64,000 nt of DNA from Isurus oxyrinchus (Eukaryota), in the NCBI GenBank assembly GCA_026770705.1, contig JANJGN010000008.1, positions 73,346,001 through 73,410,000 of the forward strand. Reading direction: 5' to 3'. Position 1 is the first letter of the stretch. Every line of letters begins with the position of its first letter. The notes beneath the pieces were generated by a model. It was given only the letters and a program-made list of their open reading frames with translations. It did not search any database and was not told where the DNA came from. Positions 62,720-64,000 of this stretch are shown here, piece after piece. The translations under genes were made by a program, and so were the position numbers.

Positions 62720-63542
62720 TGCATCAAGCCCTGGACAACATTAAGGCTTGGGCTGACAAGAAGCAAGTAACATTTGCATGACACAAGTGCCAGACAATGA
62801 CCATCTCCAACAAGAGTGAATTAACCATCTCCCCTTGACATTCAATGGCGTTACCATCACTGAATCCCCCATTATCAACATCCTGGGGGTTACCTTTGAC
62901 TAGAAACTGAGCTGGACTAGCCACATAATACTGTGGCTACAAGAGCAGGTCAGTAACTCTGTGGTGAGTAACTCACCTCCTGACTCCCCAAAGCCTGTCC
63001 ACTATCTACAAGGCACAAGTCAGGAGAGTGATGGAATACTCCTCACTTGCCAGGATGAGTGCAGCTCCAACAACACTCAAGGAGCTTGACACCATCCAGG
63101 ACAAAGCAGCCCATTTGATTGGCACTCTATCTACTACCTTAAACATTTACTCCCTCCACCACTGATGCATAGTGACAGCAGTGTGCACCATCTACAAGAT
63201 GCACTGCAGCGACTCATCAAATCTCCTTCGACAGCACCTTCCAAACCATAACTTCTACCACCTAGAAGGACCACAGCAGCAGATGCACGGGAACACCACC
63301 ACCTGCAAGTTCCCTTCCAAGCCACACGCCATCCTTATTTGGAACTATATCTCTGTTCTTTCACTGTCACTAGATCAAAATCCTGGAGCTCCCTCCCTAA
63401 CATCACTGTGGGTGTACCTGCACCACATGGACGGCAGTGGTTCAAGAAGGCAGCTCACCACCACCTTCTCAAGGACAATTAGGGATGGGCAATAAATGCT
63501 TGCCTAGCCAGTGAAGCCCACATCCTGTGAAAGATAAAAAAA
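62720..63542 (+). mobile_element. CR1-clade LINE family B 3' fragment
   Basis: Homologous to 10260-10825 and 35351-35680; ends in the family B 3'UTR and an A-tail. Confidence 0.88.
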
Positions 63543-64000
63543 AGGGGAAGGAGGATATGTTTGGTGAGAAATTATCCCTCTAACTTCCATTTGCTGTGTG
63601 TGCGGGCTTGTTTCACTGTGTGATCCCTTTAAGGTTGGCATTCAGCAATTTGACATGCAGTATTAACACTGGGAGGGTGGGGTGAACTCAGAGGAGATTG
63701 GCATGGTCAGCAGATGTGCTTGCAGGAAGGTAAGTGAGAGAGTCGGAAAGGGCAGATTGGGTAAGGAGACAGGAATGATTACCTTCAAGGAATCTTCAGA
63801 GGTTGCCAACAGAGATACAGATAAGCTGTAGCTTATCTAAGAGAGAGTCAAATCTGAGATGGCAGCAGAAGACTAGGGAGGTCGAGGAGTACTGTAGGGT
63901 TGGGAGCAGGGATTTTGGAGGGCAGAGTAACCAATAGGGTAGAAATGAAGGGAGACAGGATAGCAGAAGAGAGAGGTCTAGGAGGGGGTAAAGAAAAAGA

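Overview
Vertebrate genomic DNA made up mostly of repeats. The SINE, LINE and Penelope families resemble those of cartilaginous fish (shark-like; this is an inference). No intact host gene can be identified; there is one candidate internal exon at 62205-62290. Main contents: (i) a young Neptune-type Penelope-like retroelement family (RT + GIY-YIG) with one near-full-length tandem copy at 51269-55726. That copy has a 13-bp target-site duplication and sits in the stop codon of a Harbinger transposase. Every young copy carries a minimal, dimer-type hammerhead-ribozyme motif with a non-canonical core (CUGUYGA-type, U at position 6, instead of CUGANGA), followed by a conserved hairpin. (ii) Several decayed PIF/Harbinger DNA transposons with convergent transposase and three-exon Myb/SANT genes, plus non-autonomous derivatives. 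(iii) Two CR1-clade LINE families, Deu-domain SINEs and a solo-LTR family with 4-bp TSDs, many of them nested. All calls come from reading the sequence by eye; no searches were run.
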